A model generated the notes under the pieces. It was given only the letters and a program-made list of their open reading frames with translations. It ran no database searches and was not told the DNA's origin. Below are positions 18,727 to 29,202 of a stretch of 64,000 nucleotides of DNA, one piece after another. Source of the DNA: Candidatus Pacearchaeota archaeon (GTDB lineage: Archaea > Nanobdellota > Nanobdellia > Pacearchaeales > GW2011-AR1); the NCBI GenBank assembly GCA_040879765.1, contig JBBDJQ010000001.1, positions 271,747 through 335,746 on the forward strand. Reading direction: 5' to 3'. Position 1 is the first letter of the stretch. Each line of letters starts with the position of its first letter. The position numbers and the translations under genes are program-made.

Positions 18727-19512
18727 ATGAAAAATCCTTTTGCTAAATCACCTAAAATTTCAAATTCAGTTCAGATAACCTTAATTATATCTGTGACAAT
18801 TTTAATTGTGGCTTTTCTTTTCTTCTCATTAATTAGTAATGTAGCTGAAGGTCCTTACAAGGAAAATACAATTTCCGTAAATGGAGAATCAACAATACAA
18901 GTTGCTCCCGATGAAGTTTCAGTTTATTTTAATATTGAAACAACTGCAGATACTGCACAAGAAGCCCAAGAAAATAACTCGCAAATATTTAATTCATTGA
19001 AGAATGCTTTGGTTGCTGAAGGATTTTCAGAAGATGAAATAAAAACCCAGAGCCTAAGTATAAATCCAAATTATGTTTGGGAAAATAACAAGCAAACGAC
19101 AAAAGGTTACAAGGCTTCACATTCTGTTACTATAGAATTTTCTTCAGAAGAATCTGAAAGAGTCCTAGATGTTTTGAACGCAGCAGTTTCCTCTGGAGTT
19201 GAAATAGGATACATCAATTTTCAATTAAGTGATGAGCTTGAAAAAGAAAAGAAAGCCGAGGCAATTGAAGAAGCTTCGGGAGATGCTCGAATAAAAGCCG
19301 AGGCGACAGCAAGAGGTTTAGGAAAAAAGATTGACGATATAGTTTCTGTTTCAGTTGACAATTATAATTATCTTCCTTACAGAGCTTATGATTCTGCAGT
19401 TTCCTCTGGAAGTTCCATAGCTGAAGTTGAAGAAGCAGTGACACAAGAAAGGTTTAACCCCTCAGAGCAAAATATTTATGCTTCAATAAGAGTTGTTTAT
19501 GAATTAAAATAA
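18727..19512 (+). CDS. SIMPL (DUF541) domain protein
   Basis: N-terminal TM, ISVNGE...VAPD, A..DARIKAE..A..LG. Confidence 0.85.
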   Translation: MKNPFAKSPKISNSVQITLIISVTILIVAFLFFSLISNVAEGPYKENTISVNGESTIQVAPDEVSVYFNIETTADTAQEAQENNSQIFNSLKNALVAEGFSEDEIKTQSLSINPNYVWENNKQTTKGYKASHSVTIEFSSEESERVLDVLNAAVSSGVEIGYINFQLSDELEKEKKAEAIEEASGDARIKAEATARGLGKKIDDIVSVSVDNYNYLPYRAYDSAVSSGSSIAEVEEAVTQERFNPSEQNIYASIRVVYELK

Positions 19513-19572
19513 AAAATTAAGATATTTTTATTTTCAATAAATTTTATAAAGAGAAATTTCTTATAGGTTTGA

Positions 19573-21582
19573 ATGTACAAAAGAGGGAGCACATTAAGGG
19601 CAGAGAATGTTGTAACATTTCTTTTAGTTTTGGTCATTGCCGGAATTGCAATTATGACTGTAAATCTTTTTGGGAATGGACTTACAGGTTTGGTTATTGA
19701 GAACCAAGGAAGCCAAGCAGATTTTGATTTTGGAACTTACAACAACACACTTTACGATGGAAGCGCTTTAGTTTTATCAGAGAATGAAACTTCTGGAGAT
19801 TACATCTCTAAACTTTTTGATGGAGGCGAAGACGTAACTTGGAACAGTATTTCTTTCGAAACCTCTGAATTGGATTTTGAATCTTTTGTTTTTGTTGACT
19901 CAGAGTCAGGCTTTTGGAGTTCTTCAGATTCCGGAGTTAATTTCAATCTTTTAAAGAATGATTACAACGATGCAGATTCAGATGGAGCAACTGCCTTGGC
20001 AAAAAATTCTTCAGATTCCTTATTTGTTTTAGATAATCAAGCATTGTGGGTTTCAACTAATTTTGGAAATTCATGGACAAAGGTCAACTCAGATTATAAT
20101 GCAAATGAATCTGATGATGGAAAGGTTATGGAGATAGATTCAAGTGATAATATTTATGTGATTGAATCAGATAATGATATTTGGACCTCAAGCAATGCTG
20201 GAGCTAACTTTACAAAAGTTGATTCGGATTTGAATACAACAATTGTTGCTTTGACTTCTCACTCTGGAACTCTTTTTGCAGTTGACTCAAATTCAGAAGT
20301 TTTGACTTCAAGCAATGCAGGAGTCACTTGGACAAGTGCAAATTCAAACTATGATTCTGGAAATTCAACTGGAGCTGCAGATATATTTGCAGATTCTTCA
20401 GGAAACTTATTCATAATAAATGATGATTTATGGACTTCAAACGATGCAGGAGTCACTTGGACATTGGTTAATAGTGGAATCAACGGGATTACAGGTTATA
20501 CCAGCAATAATATAATTTACGTTATTGATGATTCGGGAGATTTATCTTCTTCAGATAATTCAGGAGTTAACTTCACGCTTGTTTCATCTGATGTTAATTC
20601 TGGAAATGGGCAAATAGTGGGCTTATCTTCGGTAATAGATTCAATCAATTTAGCATTCCAGGTTAAAACTTGTTCAGATGTAAATTGTTCTAACAGTAGT
20701 GGTTTTATTGGTCCTGATGAAACTTCAAACACATTCTACACTTCAGATAGTACATTAAATATAGTTTCACAATATTTCCAATATATGATTTTCTTTTCAG
20801 AAGAGAATCAGAATGTTGAAATTACTGGGGTAAATGTGGAGTATAATTTATTAGTAAATGCGCCACAGATCACCCTCTTCCAACCTACAGATGGAAATTA
20901 TGATCCTACTCAAGAAATTCCTTTGAGCTTTGCAGTTTATGATTATGATGGAGATATAACTTCTTGCTGGTATACTTTGAATGGAGACGCTGACACAGAA
21001 TTGACTAATTGTGATAATTCTTCACTAGATTTAGTTGAATATACCTATGATTTGATTGTTTATGTTGAAGATAGCGAAGGACAACAAGCTTCGGATTCAG
21101 TAACCTTTGTTGTGGATGGAGGAAATGATGAAGATGAAAATATCGATGATGAAGAGGCATCTGCCATCGAATCAGATACCACTGTTGGAGGCGAAGGTGG
21201 AGATCCTGGATCAATAACATTCCCAACAACTTCAAGTTCAGATTCATCTTCAAGTGAAGAAGAAGTTGTGGAAGAAGTTCAGACAGAAGAAGCAGAATCT
21301 TCAGAGACTTCTGATCAAAATGCACAAACCAATCCTTTCATAACTGGATTCGCATTCATGAAAGAATTTGGTGAAAACATTCCGAGAGGAGGATATCTAT
21401 TTGCAGGAATTCTTGCAGTATTATTCGTAGCTTTGGGAGTAAGAAGGGCTTATAAAAGGAATCTTGGTTCTGGACATGGTGTTTTTGGAAGACTTCCAAT
21501 AGTTGAGTTTTTCAAGAGAAAGAGCCCTTCGAAAAAGAAAATTAATGGTTCCTCTTCTTTAAGTAGTGCTGACGGGCCTTAA
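19573..21582 (+). CDS. Surface protein with BNR/Asp-box repeats, Ig-like domain, acidic linker and C-terminal TM
   Basis: Repeated S-x-[DN]-x-G-x-[TN]-[WF] (SSDSGVNF, STNFGNSW, SSNAGVTW, SNDAGVTW). Confidence 0.8.
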   Translation: MYKRGSTLRAENVVTFLLVLVIAGIAIMTVNLFGNGLTGLVIENQGSQADFDFGTYNNTLYDGSALVLSENETSGDYISKLFDGGEDVTWNSISFETSELDFESFVFVDSESGFWSSSDSGVNFNLLKNDYNDADSDGATALAKNSSDSLFVLDNQALWVSTNFGNSWTKVNSDYNANESDDGKVMEIDSSDNIYVIESDNDIWTSSNAGANFTKVDSDLNTTIVALTSHSGTLFAVDSNSEVLTSSNAGVTWTSANSNYDSGNSTGAADIFADSSGNLFIINDDLWTSNDAGVTWTLVNSGINGITGYTSNNIIYVIDDSGDLSSSDNSGVNFTLVSSDVNSGNGQIVGLSSVIDSINLAFQVKTCSDVNCSNSSGFIGPDETSNTFYTSDSTLNIVSQYFQYMIFFSEENQNVEITGVNVEYNLLVNAPQITLFQPTDGNYDPTQEIPLSFAVYDYDGDITSCWYTLNGDADTELTNCDNSSLDLVEYTYDLIVYVEDSEGQQASDSVTFVVDGGNDEDENIDDEEASAIESDTTVGGEGGDPGSITFPTTSSSDSSSSEEEVVEEVQTEEAESSETSDQNAQTNPFITGFAFMKEFGENIPRGGYLFAGILAVLFVALGVRRAYKRNLGSGHGVFGRLPIVEFFKRKSPSKKKINGSSSLSSADGP

Positions 21583-21590
21583 TTTTTATT

Positions 21591-21944
21591 TTAACAATTC
21601 TTGTAAATAATTTTTCCATCTATCCCTATTTCTTCTATTTCTGGATTATGAATCCCTTCACATAAGTAAATTGTATTTTCTGAACCGCCCAATGTGATTT
21701 TTTTTGGGTTTGAAGTTATGGCAAAATGAACCTCATTAGTTGTCCCATATACTTTGAACACTTCATTATATGAATTCTCAACATTTATATTTTCAGAAAT
21801 TCCCCTTAGTTTTATGACTTGTTCAGATTGGCTAAATTCTATTATCTTTCCAGTTGTATTCTCACCAAAGTTTTTTGTTAAGGGTGCAAGAAAAAGAATT
21901 CCTAGAAGCAATGTAAGAAAAAATAATGTTGTTGAAATCTTCAT
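21591..21944 (-). CDS. Membrane-anchored hypothetical protein
   Basis: N-terminal TM followed by TTGKII; beta-rich body. Confidence 0.65.
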   Translation of the reverse strand: MKISTTLFFLTLLLGILFLAPLTKNFGENTTGKIIEFSQSEQVIKLRGISENINVENSYNEVFKVYGTTNEVHFAITSNPKKITLGGSENTIYLCEGIHNPEIEEIGIDGKIIYKNC

Positions 21945-21966
21945 AAGTTAGTTAGGTTTATGAATT

Positions 21967-23382
21967 TTATAAAAGTTTCTTGACCATATAAGGTTCTTTT
22001 ATTTTATATCCTAGTTTCTTATAATACTCTCTAACGCCAATCCCAGATATAACATATAGTTCTTCCATTCCGTATTCTTTGGCAATTTTCTCTGCTTCTT
22101 CCATAAGGATTTTTCCAATCCCTCTATGTTGGGAATCATTTATCTTAGATTTTATTCCTATGTTCAATGCCTGTCCATAAACATGAAGTTCCCTAACCAT
22201 TGCGCGATTAGACATGTGCTTTGCCGATTTATTTTCTATAGAAGATAATTGATTTTCACTATCAAAAATCCTTAATCTTAGGAGCCCAAATAAAATATTG
22301 TCATCATTTATGAATTCAAGAAATAATTCCTTTCCTCCCGATGCTTCATATTCTATTGTTTTTAATTTCACATTTTGATTTATGTCTTTGTTGAATCCAA
22401 CCTCTCGCATCCTAATTTCATTGATTTGTTCCTTATTTTTTCTAAAATCATTTTCTATTTCTTTTCTTATATCTAATCTTTCTAAACCTTCAATTAATTT
22501 TTCCTTTGGAAATTCTCTCATCATTCTCATAACCCTACAATATTCTGGAATTATTTTCATCATTTTAATTAGAATCTCTTGGGTTTGTTTTTCTGAATAA
22601 GGTGTGAATTTTATTAACTTATATGTTTTTGCCAAGGGAGAATCTTCCACAACTTGGCAAGGATATATTTTCAATTGATCTGGACGGAAATCTGGATTAT
22701 CAAATATTTTTTTGAATAATTCAATATCTTTTTTTGGGTTGCTGTATGGAAGTCCAGGCATTATGTGGTAGCCCAATTTGAATCCTGCATCTTTGAGATT
22801 TTTTGTTGCTTCAATAACCTCTTTAACTGTATGCCCTCTGTTTGTTTTCCTATATAATTCATCATCGGGCATTTGAACACCTATCTCTACACGGGTACAC
22901 CCAAACTCAAGCATCCTTTCTATTTCTTCTTTAGAACAGTTGTCTGGACGATTTTCTATGCACATTGCGACACATCTGTGCTTTGCTGTTTCGTTTATTT
23001 TTTTTGCTTCTTTAAGATTTTTTGAATCACAATCATTCAATGCATCATAACATCTTTTTATGAAATTATATTGATATTCTAAAGGATATTGTAAAAATGT
23101 GCCGCCGAGAACTATTAACTCTATTTTATCTGTTTGGTGGTTCATTTTATCTAGAACTCCTAATCTATTTTTTACCTGCTCGTATGGGTCGAATTGAAGG
23201 GCAAGAGCACGCATTATTGCTGGGCTTTTGTTTGTATAGCTTTGAGGCACAAAATCTCCCCCGGGACAATAAATACATGTTCCGTGGTCGCATTTTCTTG
23301 GCTCTAAAACTACGGTTAAAGGAGTAACTCCAGAAACTGATCTTACGGGTTTTCTGACAAACTTTTTTTCTTGATTTTCCAT
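21967..23382 (-). CDS. elp3: Elp3 tRNA U34 carboxymethyltransferase (radical SAM + GNAT)
   Basis: RSVSGVTP, CDHGTCIYCPGG, ENRPD, RVEIGVQ, RELHVYG, QHRGIG, ISGIGVREYY. Confidence 0.95.
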   Translation of the reverse strand: MENQEKKFVRKPVRSVSGVTPLTVVLEPRKCDHGTCIYCPGGDFVPQSYTNKSPAIMRALALQFDPYEQVKNRLGVLDKMNHQTDKIELIVLGGTFLQYPLEYQYNFIKRCYDALNDCDSKNLKEAKKINETAKHRCVAMCIENRPDNCSKEEIERMLEFGCTRVEIGVQMPDDELYRKTNRGHTVKEVIEATKNLKDAGFKLGYHIMPGLPYSNPKKDIELFKKIFDNPDFRPDQLKIYPCQVVEDSPLAKTYKLIKFTPYSEKQTQEILIKMMKIIPEYCRVMRMMREFPKEKLIEGLERLDIRKEIENDFRKNKEQINEIRMREVGFNKDINQNVKLKTIEYEASGGKELFLEFINDDNILFGLLRLRIFDSENQLSSIENKSAKHMSNRAMVRELHVYGQALNIGIKSKINDSQHRGIGKILMEEAEKIAKEYGMEELYVISGIGVREYYKKLGYKIKEPYMVKKLL

Positions 23383-23429
23383 GTTATTTTTATAAGAAAG
23401 GGTTTTAAATTGTTTTTCTATTTAATCTT

Positions 23430-24059
23430 ATGGACCAAAAAGAAGTTTGGAATCAAGTTGCAGAACCTTGGAAAATTTTTAGAGTTAATCCAGATAAAGA
23501 AGTTATCAACTTTTTAAAAAATAAGAAGGGTAAAATTTTAGATTTGGCTTGTGGAAGCGGGAGGAATTTTGTAAAATCTGATGAAATCAAATTATATGCT
23601 GTTGATTTTTCTTCTAAAATGTTGGAATATGCAAAAGACTATGTTAAGAAGAATAACCTAGAGGCTGAAATTTTTGAATCTTCTGCGGAAAAACTTCCCT
23701 TTGAAAATAATTTTTTTGATTATGCAATTTTTATAAGGGCTTTACATTGCATAGATTATGAAGAAAAGAGAAAGCGAGCTTTGGAAGAGCTTTATAGGGT
23801 TCTGAAACCAAATGCTGAGATTTTGATAAGTGTTTGGAATAAAGACCAAGAGAGGTTTAAGAATTCTGGAAAAGAAGAGTTTATTCCTTGGAAACACGAA
23901 GGTGAGGAATTTATGAGGTATTATTATTTGTATGAAGAAGATGAATTTTTGAATTTGCTGAGAGAAGTTGGCTTTGAAATTTTAAAAGTTGGTTCTGAAG
24001 AGATAGAGGGCTTTAATTCTAAGAAGAATATAGTTGCTGTTGTTAGGAAGCCAAATTAA
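23430..24059 (+). CDS. Class I SAM methyltransferase, Trm9-like
   Basis: LDLACGSGRN; LHCI...R..ALEELYRVLKP..ISVW; IPW..RYYYLY as in Trm9/ALKBH8. Confidence 0.75.
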   Translation: MDQKEVWNQVAEPWKIFRVNPDKEVINFLKNKKGKILDLACGSGRNFVKSDEIKLYAVDFSSKMLEYAKDYVKKNNLEAEIFESSAEKLPFENNFFDYAIFIRALHCIDYEEKRKRALEELYRVLKPNAEILISVWNKDQERFKNSGKEEFIPWKHEGEEFMRYYYLYEEDEFLNLLREVGFEILKVGSEEIEGFNSKKNIVAVVRKPN

Positions 24060-24562
24060 TCTTTTTTCTTACTTGAAATTTTGACCATATCAAATAATGA
24101 TTTTTTTTCTAAATCAAGAACTTTTTTATTTTTCAAATCAATTTCAAATTTTATCATTCCTAGCATTGGAATAAATGCTGTGCCAAAAATGAATGGTTTC
24201 CCTTCTCTGCTTTGTAGGGAAAATATAAGTTTCTGGATTTTAGTTTTTATTTGCTTTTTTTCCATTTCCTCCAAAACTAATTTTTCAATTTGATTAAAAT
24301 CCATTTCAACTTTCTGAGAAACTTCTAAAGGTTTTTCTTCAAAATCTTCTAATGGGATCATTTTTCCATTTTCTCCTAAATCAAATGAAAATACTTTCTC
24401 TTTTTCAGGAGAGAAAAAATCTAAATGTATTTTTTCACCTTGCTTCTCTTCTTTTGGAACTACGAAAAATCCTGAGCATAAAAATGCTTTAGGATTTTTT
24501 TTCAAAAAGTTCTTGAACGAATCTGTGTTTCGAAGTTTTTCTAAATAGAATTGTAGATTCAT
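24056..24562 (-). CDS. Hypothetical protein
   Basis: 168-aa ORF overlapping thrS stop. Confidence 0.75.
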   Translation of the reverse strand: MNLQFYLEKLRNTDSFKNFLKKNPKAFLCSGFFVVPKEEKQGEKIHLDFFSPEKEKVFSFDLGENGKMIPLEDFEEKPLEVSQKVEMDFNQIEKLVLEEMEKKQIKTKIQKLIFSLQSREGKPFIFGTAFIPMLGMIKFEIDLKNKKVLDLEKKSLFDMVKISSKKKD

Positions 24563-25857
24563 TTTCTTTCTCTAATTTCTTCATCTAATTTTTTTACAAA
24601 TTCATCAAACTTAAAGTTCTGTATTTTTTTATCCCCCTTAACTCTTACTGGAATTGTATTGGTTTTTTCTTCTTTATTACCAATTAATATTATATATGGA
24701 ATTTTCATTTCTTCTGCATCACGGATTTTTCCCTGTATTTTTGAATTTTTAAAATCAAAACCTATTCTTAGACCAGGAATTTTTTCTTTTAATATTTTGA
24801 TCATTTTTTCACAAAATTTAATGCTGTCTTCAGTGAAGCTTATTATTCTCACTTGCTCTGGCGAAAGCCAAGTTTTTAATCTGCCTTGATTTTGCTCAAG
24901 CAGGACTGAAATTACTCTTTCAAGGGCTCCAACAGATGAGCGATGTATGACCATTGCTCTTTTCATTTCATTATGTTTATCTTTGTATTCAAGGTTGAAT
25001 CTTTCCGGCATTGAGAAATCAAGCTGTATTGTAAAAAGAGTATCTTCCTTTCCATAAATATCCTTATATTGAAAATCTAATTTTGGGCCGTATATTGCAG
25101 CTTCTCCAACTCCTTCAATAAATTTTATTTTTAGTTTATTTAGAATACTTCTCATTGTTGCTTGAGAAGATTCCCAAGCTTTATCATTATCAATATACTT
25201 TCCTTTATTTTTAGAGTCCCATGTTGAAAACCTGTACCACACATCTTTTATTCCAAGTTTCTTCATTGAGAATTTGATTAATTCCAAAGCATTTTTAAAT
25301 TCATCTTCTAGCTGTTCTTCGGTACAAATTATATGGGCGTCTGCAAGTGAGAATTGCCTTACTCTGGTTAAACCTCGTAATTCTCCTGATTGTTCGTTTC
25401 TGAATAAGTTGGATATTTCTGCATATCTTAATGGAAGGTCTTTGTAGCTTCTTGGTTTTCTTTTGTAGAGGACAAAATGAAATGGACAGGTTACAGGTCT
25501 TAATGCAAAGTCTTCATTTTTAATTTTAAATGTGATCATGTCTTCCTTAAAATGCTCCCAGTGCCCTGAAATTTTAAACAGATCTGCTTTTGCTATAACT
25601 GGTGTTGTTGTGTAAAGGTACCCTCTTGAGATTTCTTCATCTGTGATGAATCTTTCTATTTCTCTTCTTATTACTGTTCCTCTGGGAGTTAATAATGGAA
25701 GTCCGTGCCCAATAACCTCATTTACTATATATAAATCAAGTTCTCTGCCAAGCTCAATATTACTTTTTAGATTATCTTTTCCTCTTTGAGAAGACATTTT
25801 TACCTTAGAAATTTTCTTCAGAAGTTTTTTGTAATCTTCACTATTCTGACTGTTCAT
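24559..25857 (-). CDS. thrS: Threonyl-tRNA synthetase, short form without N-terminal editing domains
   Basis: ISGHW, LRPVTCPFH, LRGLTRVRQF, GEAAIYGPKLD, TIQLDF, IHRS. Confidence 0.93.
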   Translation of the reverse strand: MNSQNSEDYKKLLKKISKVKMSSQRGKDNLKSNIELGRELDLYIVNEVIGHGLPLLTPRGTVIRREIERFITDEEISRGYLYTTTPVIAKADLFKISGHWEHFKEDMITFKIKNEDFALRPVTCPFHFVLYKRKPRSYKDLPLRYAEISNLFRNEQSGELRGLTRVRQFSLADAHIICTEEQLEDEFKNALELIKFSMKKLGIKDVWYRFSTWDSKNKGKYIDNDKAWESSQATMRSILNKLKIKFIEGVGEAAIYGPKLDFQYKDIYGKEDTLFTIQLDFSMPERFNLEYKDKHNEMKRAMVIHRSSVGALERVISVLLEQNQGRLKTWLSPEQVRIISFTEDSIKFCEKMIKILKEKIPGLRIGFDFKNSKIQGKIRDAEEMKIPYIILIGNKEEKTNTIPVRVKGDKKIQNFKFDEFVKKLDEEIRERK

Positions 25858-25887
25858 TTAAGTAAACGACATGGAATGTTTATAAAA

Positions 25888-26997
25888 TTAATCTATTAAA
25901 TATTTGTGCAATTGTTTTCTTGCTTTGATTTTTTTCTTTCTATGTTCTTTTAGGAAAGCATTTATTTTTTCAATCAGGATTTCTTTTAGTTCTCCTGTTA
26001 GTAAAATCCCCTCTTTGTAAGAATTATAAATTTCTTGGAGTTTCTTATCATCTTCTTCAAATAAAAATTTAAGATACTGGAATGAAACATCATTTTCAGG
26101 AACTCCCCCTTTTTCTCTATGCTCTTTCAAAGTTTCTCTCCCCCCAGAGAAGGCGTATTTTTTTATTTTTCTTTCAATTTCTTTTTCTGAATCGTCAAAT
26201 GAAATGTAACTTTCTTTATCTGATGATGACATTTTTGAATTAACCCCTTTCAATCCTGGAATAAGTTTGTTGAAGGTAAAACCTGGCATCTGAAATTTCA
26301 TTCTTGAAGCAATGTCTCTTGTGAAATTTGCATGAGGTAATTGGTCAAAGCCAACTGGAGTTATTGTCACTTTGAACCCATCTAATTGGGGATAAAGAAT
26401 ATCTGCAACTTGTGTTAAAGCAGAAGTGAACTTACCAGGATTTAACTCCCCGTAAATATTTTTTATTTCGTTAAAAGTTGTTTTTCCCGAGGATAATTTA
26501 CTAAGATTCATATATTCTTTTGTATTTTTTTTTGGACCCTCTGATTGAAAATAAAACTCCAAATTTTTATCTGAAAGTCCGAGAGCAATATAATTAAGCA
26601 GATATTCTTCAATTGCAATTTTCCTAGTTTCTTCTATGGTTAGGTTCCTTGTTAGTTGCGCCTCAATGTCTGCAACAGCCAAATAAACCTTGGCCCCAAG
26701 TTTTTGATAATAGATAACTTGATTTATTACAGACATGTGCCCTAAATGAAAAGATCCAGAAGGCATCAATCCCGTCATAACTGCAAATTTTTTTCTTCTA
26801 TTTATTGCTTCCAAAGTTTTGTTGAAATCTTTATGACCCAAAATTAAACCTCTCTTTATTTCTAGGGGGGCATTCTTTAATTTTGTTGAATATTTTGAAA
26901 AATCTGAAACACCTAAATTTTCCATTAGATCTCCATAGTTCTTGACTTCCTTGACTTCCCAAGGATTTAGGTTGGAATCATCATTTTTTCCCATCAT
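25888..26997 (-). CDS. trpS: Tryptophanyl-tRNA synthetase (archaeal type)
   Basis: TGLMPSG.FHLGH, PVGFDQLPH, KMSSS, KYAFSGGR. Confidence 0.95.
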   Translation of the reverse strand: MMGKNDDSNLNPWEVKEVKNYGDLMENLGVSDFSKYSTKLKNAPLEIKRGLILGHKDFNKTLEAINRRKKFAVMTGLMPSGSFHLGHMSVINQVIYYQKLGAKVYLAVADIEAQLTRNLTIEETRKIAIEEYLLNYIALGLSDKNLEFYFQSEGPKKNTKEYMNLSKLSSGKTTFNEIKNIYGELNPGKFTSALTQVADILYPQLDGFKVTITPVGFDQLPHANFTRDIASRMKFQMPGFTFNKLIPGLKGVNSKMSSSDKESYISFDDSEKEIERKIKKYAFSGGRETLKEHREKGGVPENDVSFQYLKFLFEEDDKKLQEIYNSYKEGILLTGELKEILIEKINAFLKEHRKKKIKARKQLHKYLID

Positions 26998-27103
26998 TTG
27001 TCTATTAGGCTAGTGATATTTTTAAAACTTTAGAGCATTTTATTTGCTAACTAGTATTAAAAAATGAACAAATATTTATAAATAAGTTTCATCTAACTTT
27101 CCT

Positions 27104-29200
27104 ATGAGGTGGAGGATATTTGCATTGTTTTTTGCATTACTGTTTGTGCCATTTTTGAGTGCAGATATAATAATTAGCCAGCAGCCTTTAGAAATTTATA
27201 ATTTAGGTGATATCCTTGAAACTTCTGTCACTTTGACGACAAATGAAGGTATTTATGATTTTTTGCAAATTTCAATTCTTTGTAATAATCATGAAGAAAG
27301 ATTACCAAAAGAGCAAATTAATTTACAAGCAAACAATCAAATAGTAATAGAAAAATCAATTTTTCTGATAAAGAAGTTTATTGGAAGTTCTTTGGGAGTT
27401 TGTCAAATTAAGGCATCTCTTGATGATTCTCCTCAACAAGTTGTTTTTTCTAATGATTTTGAGATTTCAAATAATCTTGTCATAAAATCTGAGATTGAAG
27501 ATAAGCAATATGGGCCAGGAGAGAAAGTTTTAGTTAAAGGAACGGCTACAAAAGCAAATGGAAAACCTGTTGAAGGACTTATTAATTTGAGTTTGTCCTT
27601 TGGGATTCAAAAAGGAAACTTGTCTGAAAAGAGAACTTATCAAGGAACCATAAATAACGGGCATTTTTCTGTAGAATTAGATTTGAATAAGCAATTGGAG
27701 GCTGGAGTTTATACTTTGAATATGGATGGCTATGAGAGAGATCCTTTAGATGTGATTACTAATATAGGTTCAGATAGCCAGGAAATAGTTGTTAAACAAA
27801 TCCCTACAAGTTTGGGCGTTGTCTTTGAAACTCCAGAGGTTTCTCCAGGGACTAATGTTAGGGTTAAAGGAATTCTTTATGACCAATCTGGAGAGAAAAT
27901 AGAATCAATGGTGATTTTAACAATAAAAGATAGGAACAATAAAATTTTAGAGCAAATTGAATTAGGAACTGATGAGTTTTTTGAGTACCCTATAGCCTAT
28001 AATCAAGTTCCTGAAGAATGGTCTGCTGTTGCAGTTTCAAATAAACTAACTTCCGAAGGTAAATTCAATATAATTGAAAAAGAAGATGTGGATGTTAAAA
28101 TTGCAAATGAAACTTTGATTTTGAAAAACCTTGGAAATATTTTTTACAATAAAACTTTATTGATTAAGCTTGGAGATGAGACAATAAATCTAAATCCTTT
28201 TTTAGAGGTGGATGAGACTAAAAAATATTCTTTGAGTGCTCCTGATGGAGAATATGAGTTGTCTGTTATTTCTCCAGATGGAGAGAATAAAATCACAGGA
28301 AACTTTGTTCTAACTGGAAAATCTGTGAGTGTTAAGGAGATTTCTGATTTCGGGATTGTTTTTGTTTACCCTTTAGCTTGGATTTTTATTTTCTTAGTTC
28401 TTGGATTCATGGGCTATATGGTTTATAGGAAAGGATGGAAGAATACAATTTTGGGTAAACTTAATTTTAGAAGACACGAGAATTCTTCTAAAGAAGACGT
28501 AGTTGAAATTCCTTCTGAAAAAAAAGGACATCATGAAGAGAAGTATCATCATATGAGCAAAGATACTAATTTGATAAAGGATTCAAGAATGAAGGCAGAA
28601 ATGTCGCTTTCAATGAAGGGGCACAAACAAAAAGCAGATTTGATTAATTTCAAGATAAGGAATTTTTCAGAAGTTAAACATAATGAAAAAATTGTTGAAG
28701 ATATTATTGGTAAAATAGTTGATATTGCTGAAGAAAATCATGCACATATTTATGAAAACCAGGGAAATATCTTTTTTATATTTGCACCAATTGTCACAAA
28801 GACTTTCAAAAATGAAAGAAGAGCTTTGAAAGTTTCATATAAATTATTAGAACTTGTTAAAGGCCACAATAAACTTTCAAAGCAAAAGATTAAATTCGGA
28901 ATTAGTATAAATTCTGGAGATTTGATGGTTTCTTTGGAAAATAAAAATATTCTAAAATTTATGGCTTTTGGTCATTTGTTGCTTGACTCTAAGAGACTTG
29001 CTTCTATTTCAGAAGGTGAGGAAGTCTATTTGAGCAAATCTGTGAAAGAAGCAATAATGTCTGGAGTAAAAACTAAGAAAGTAGAATCTGGAAATGTGGA
29101 AGCTTACTTGGTTGAAGAAATTAAGAAAGATAATCCTGAAGAACACAAAAAATTTCTAAGCGAATTTGTTAAGAGACTGGATAAGGATAAGAAAAATTAA
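27104..29200 (+). CDS. Single-pass membrane protein: extracellular Ig-like domains plus cytoplasmic degenerate class III nucleotide cyclase-like domain
   Basis: Signal peptide, TM near aa 420-440, C-terminal KFGISINSGDL...FMAFGHLLLDSKRLAS...EVYLSKSV. Confidence 0.6.
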   Translation: MRWRIFALFFALLFVPFLSADIIISQQPLEIYNLGDILETSVTLTTNEGIYDFLQISILCNNHEERLPKEQINLQANNQIVIEKSIFLIKKFIGSSLGVCQIKASLDDSPQQVVFSNDFEISNNLVIKSEIEDKQYGPGEKVLVKGTATKANGKPVEGLINLSLSFGIQKGNLSEKRTYQGTINNGHFSVELDLNKQLEAGVYTLNMDGYERDPLDVITNIGSDSQEIVVKQIPTSLGVVFETPEVSPGTNVRVKGILYDQSGEKIESMVILTIKDRNNKILEQIELGTDEFFEYPIAYNQVPEEWSAVAVSNKLTSEGKFNIIEKEDVDVKIANETLILKNLGNIFYNKTLLIKLGDETINLNPFLEVDETKKYSLSAPDGEYELSVISPDGENKITGNFVLTGKSVSVKEISDFGIVFVYPLAWIFIFLVLGFMGYMVYRKGWKNTILGKLNFRRHENSSKEDVVEIPSEKKGHHEEKYHHMSKDTNLIKDSRMKAEMSLSMKGHKQKADLINFKIRNFSEVKHNEKIVEDIIGKIVDIAEENHAHIYENQGNIFFIFAPIVTKTFKNERRALKVSYKLLELVKGHNKLSKQKIKFGISINSGDLMVSLENKNILKFMAFGHLLLDSKRLASISEGEEVYLSKSVKEAIMSGVKTKKVESGNVEAYLVEEIKKDNPEEHKKFLSEFVKRLDKDKKN

Positions 29201-29202
29201 AT

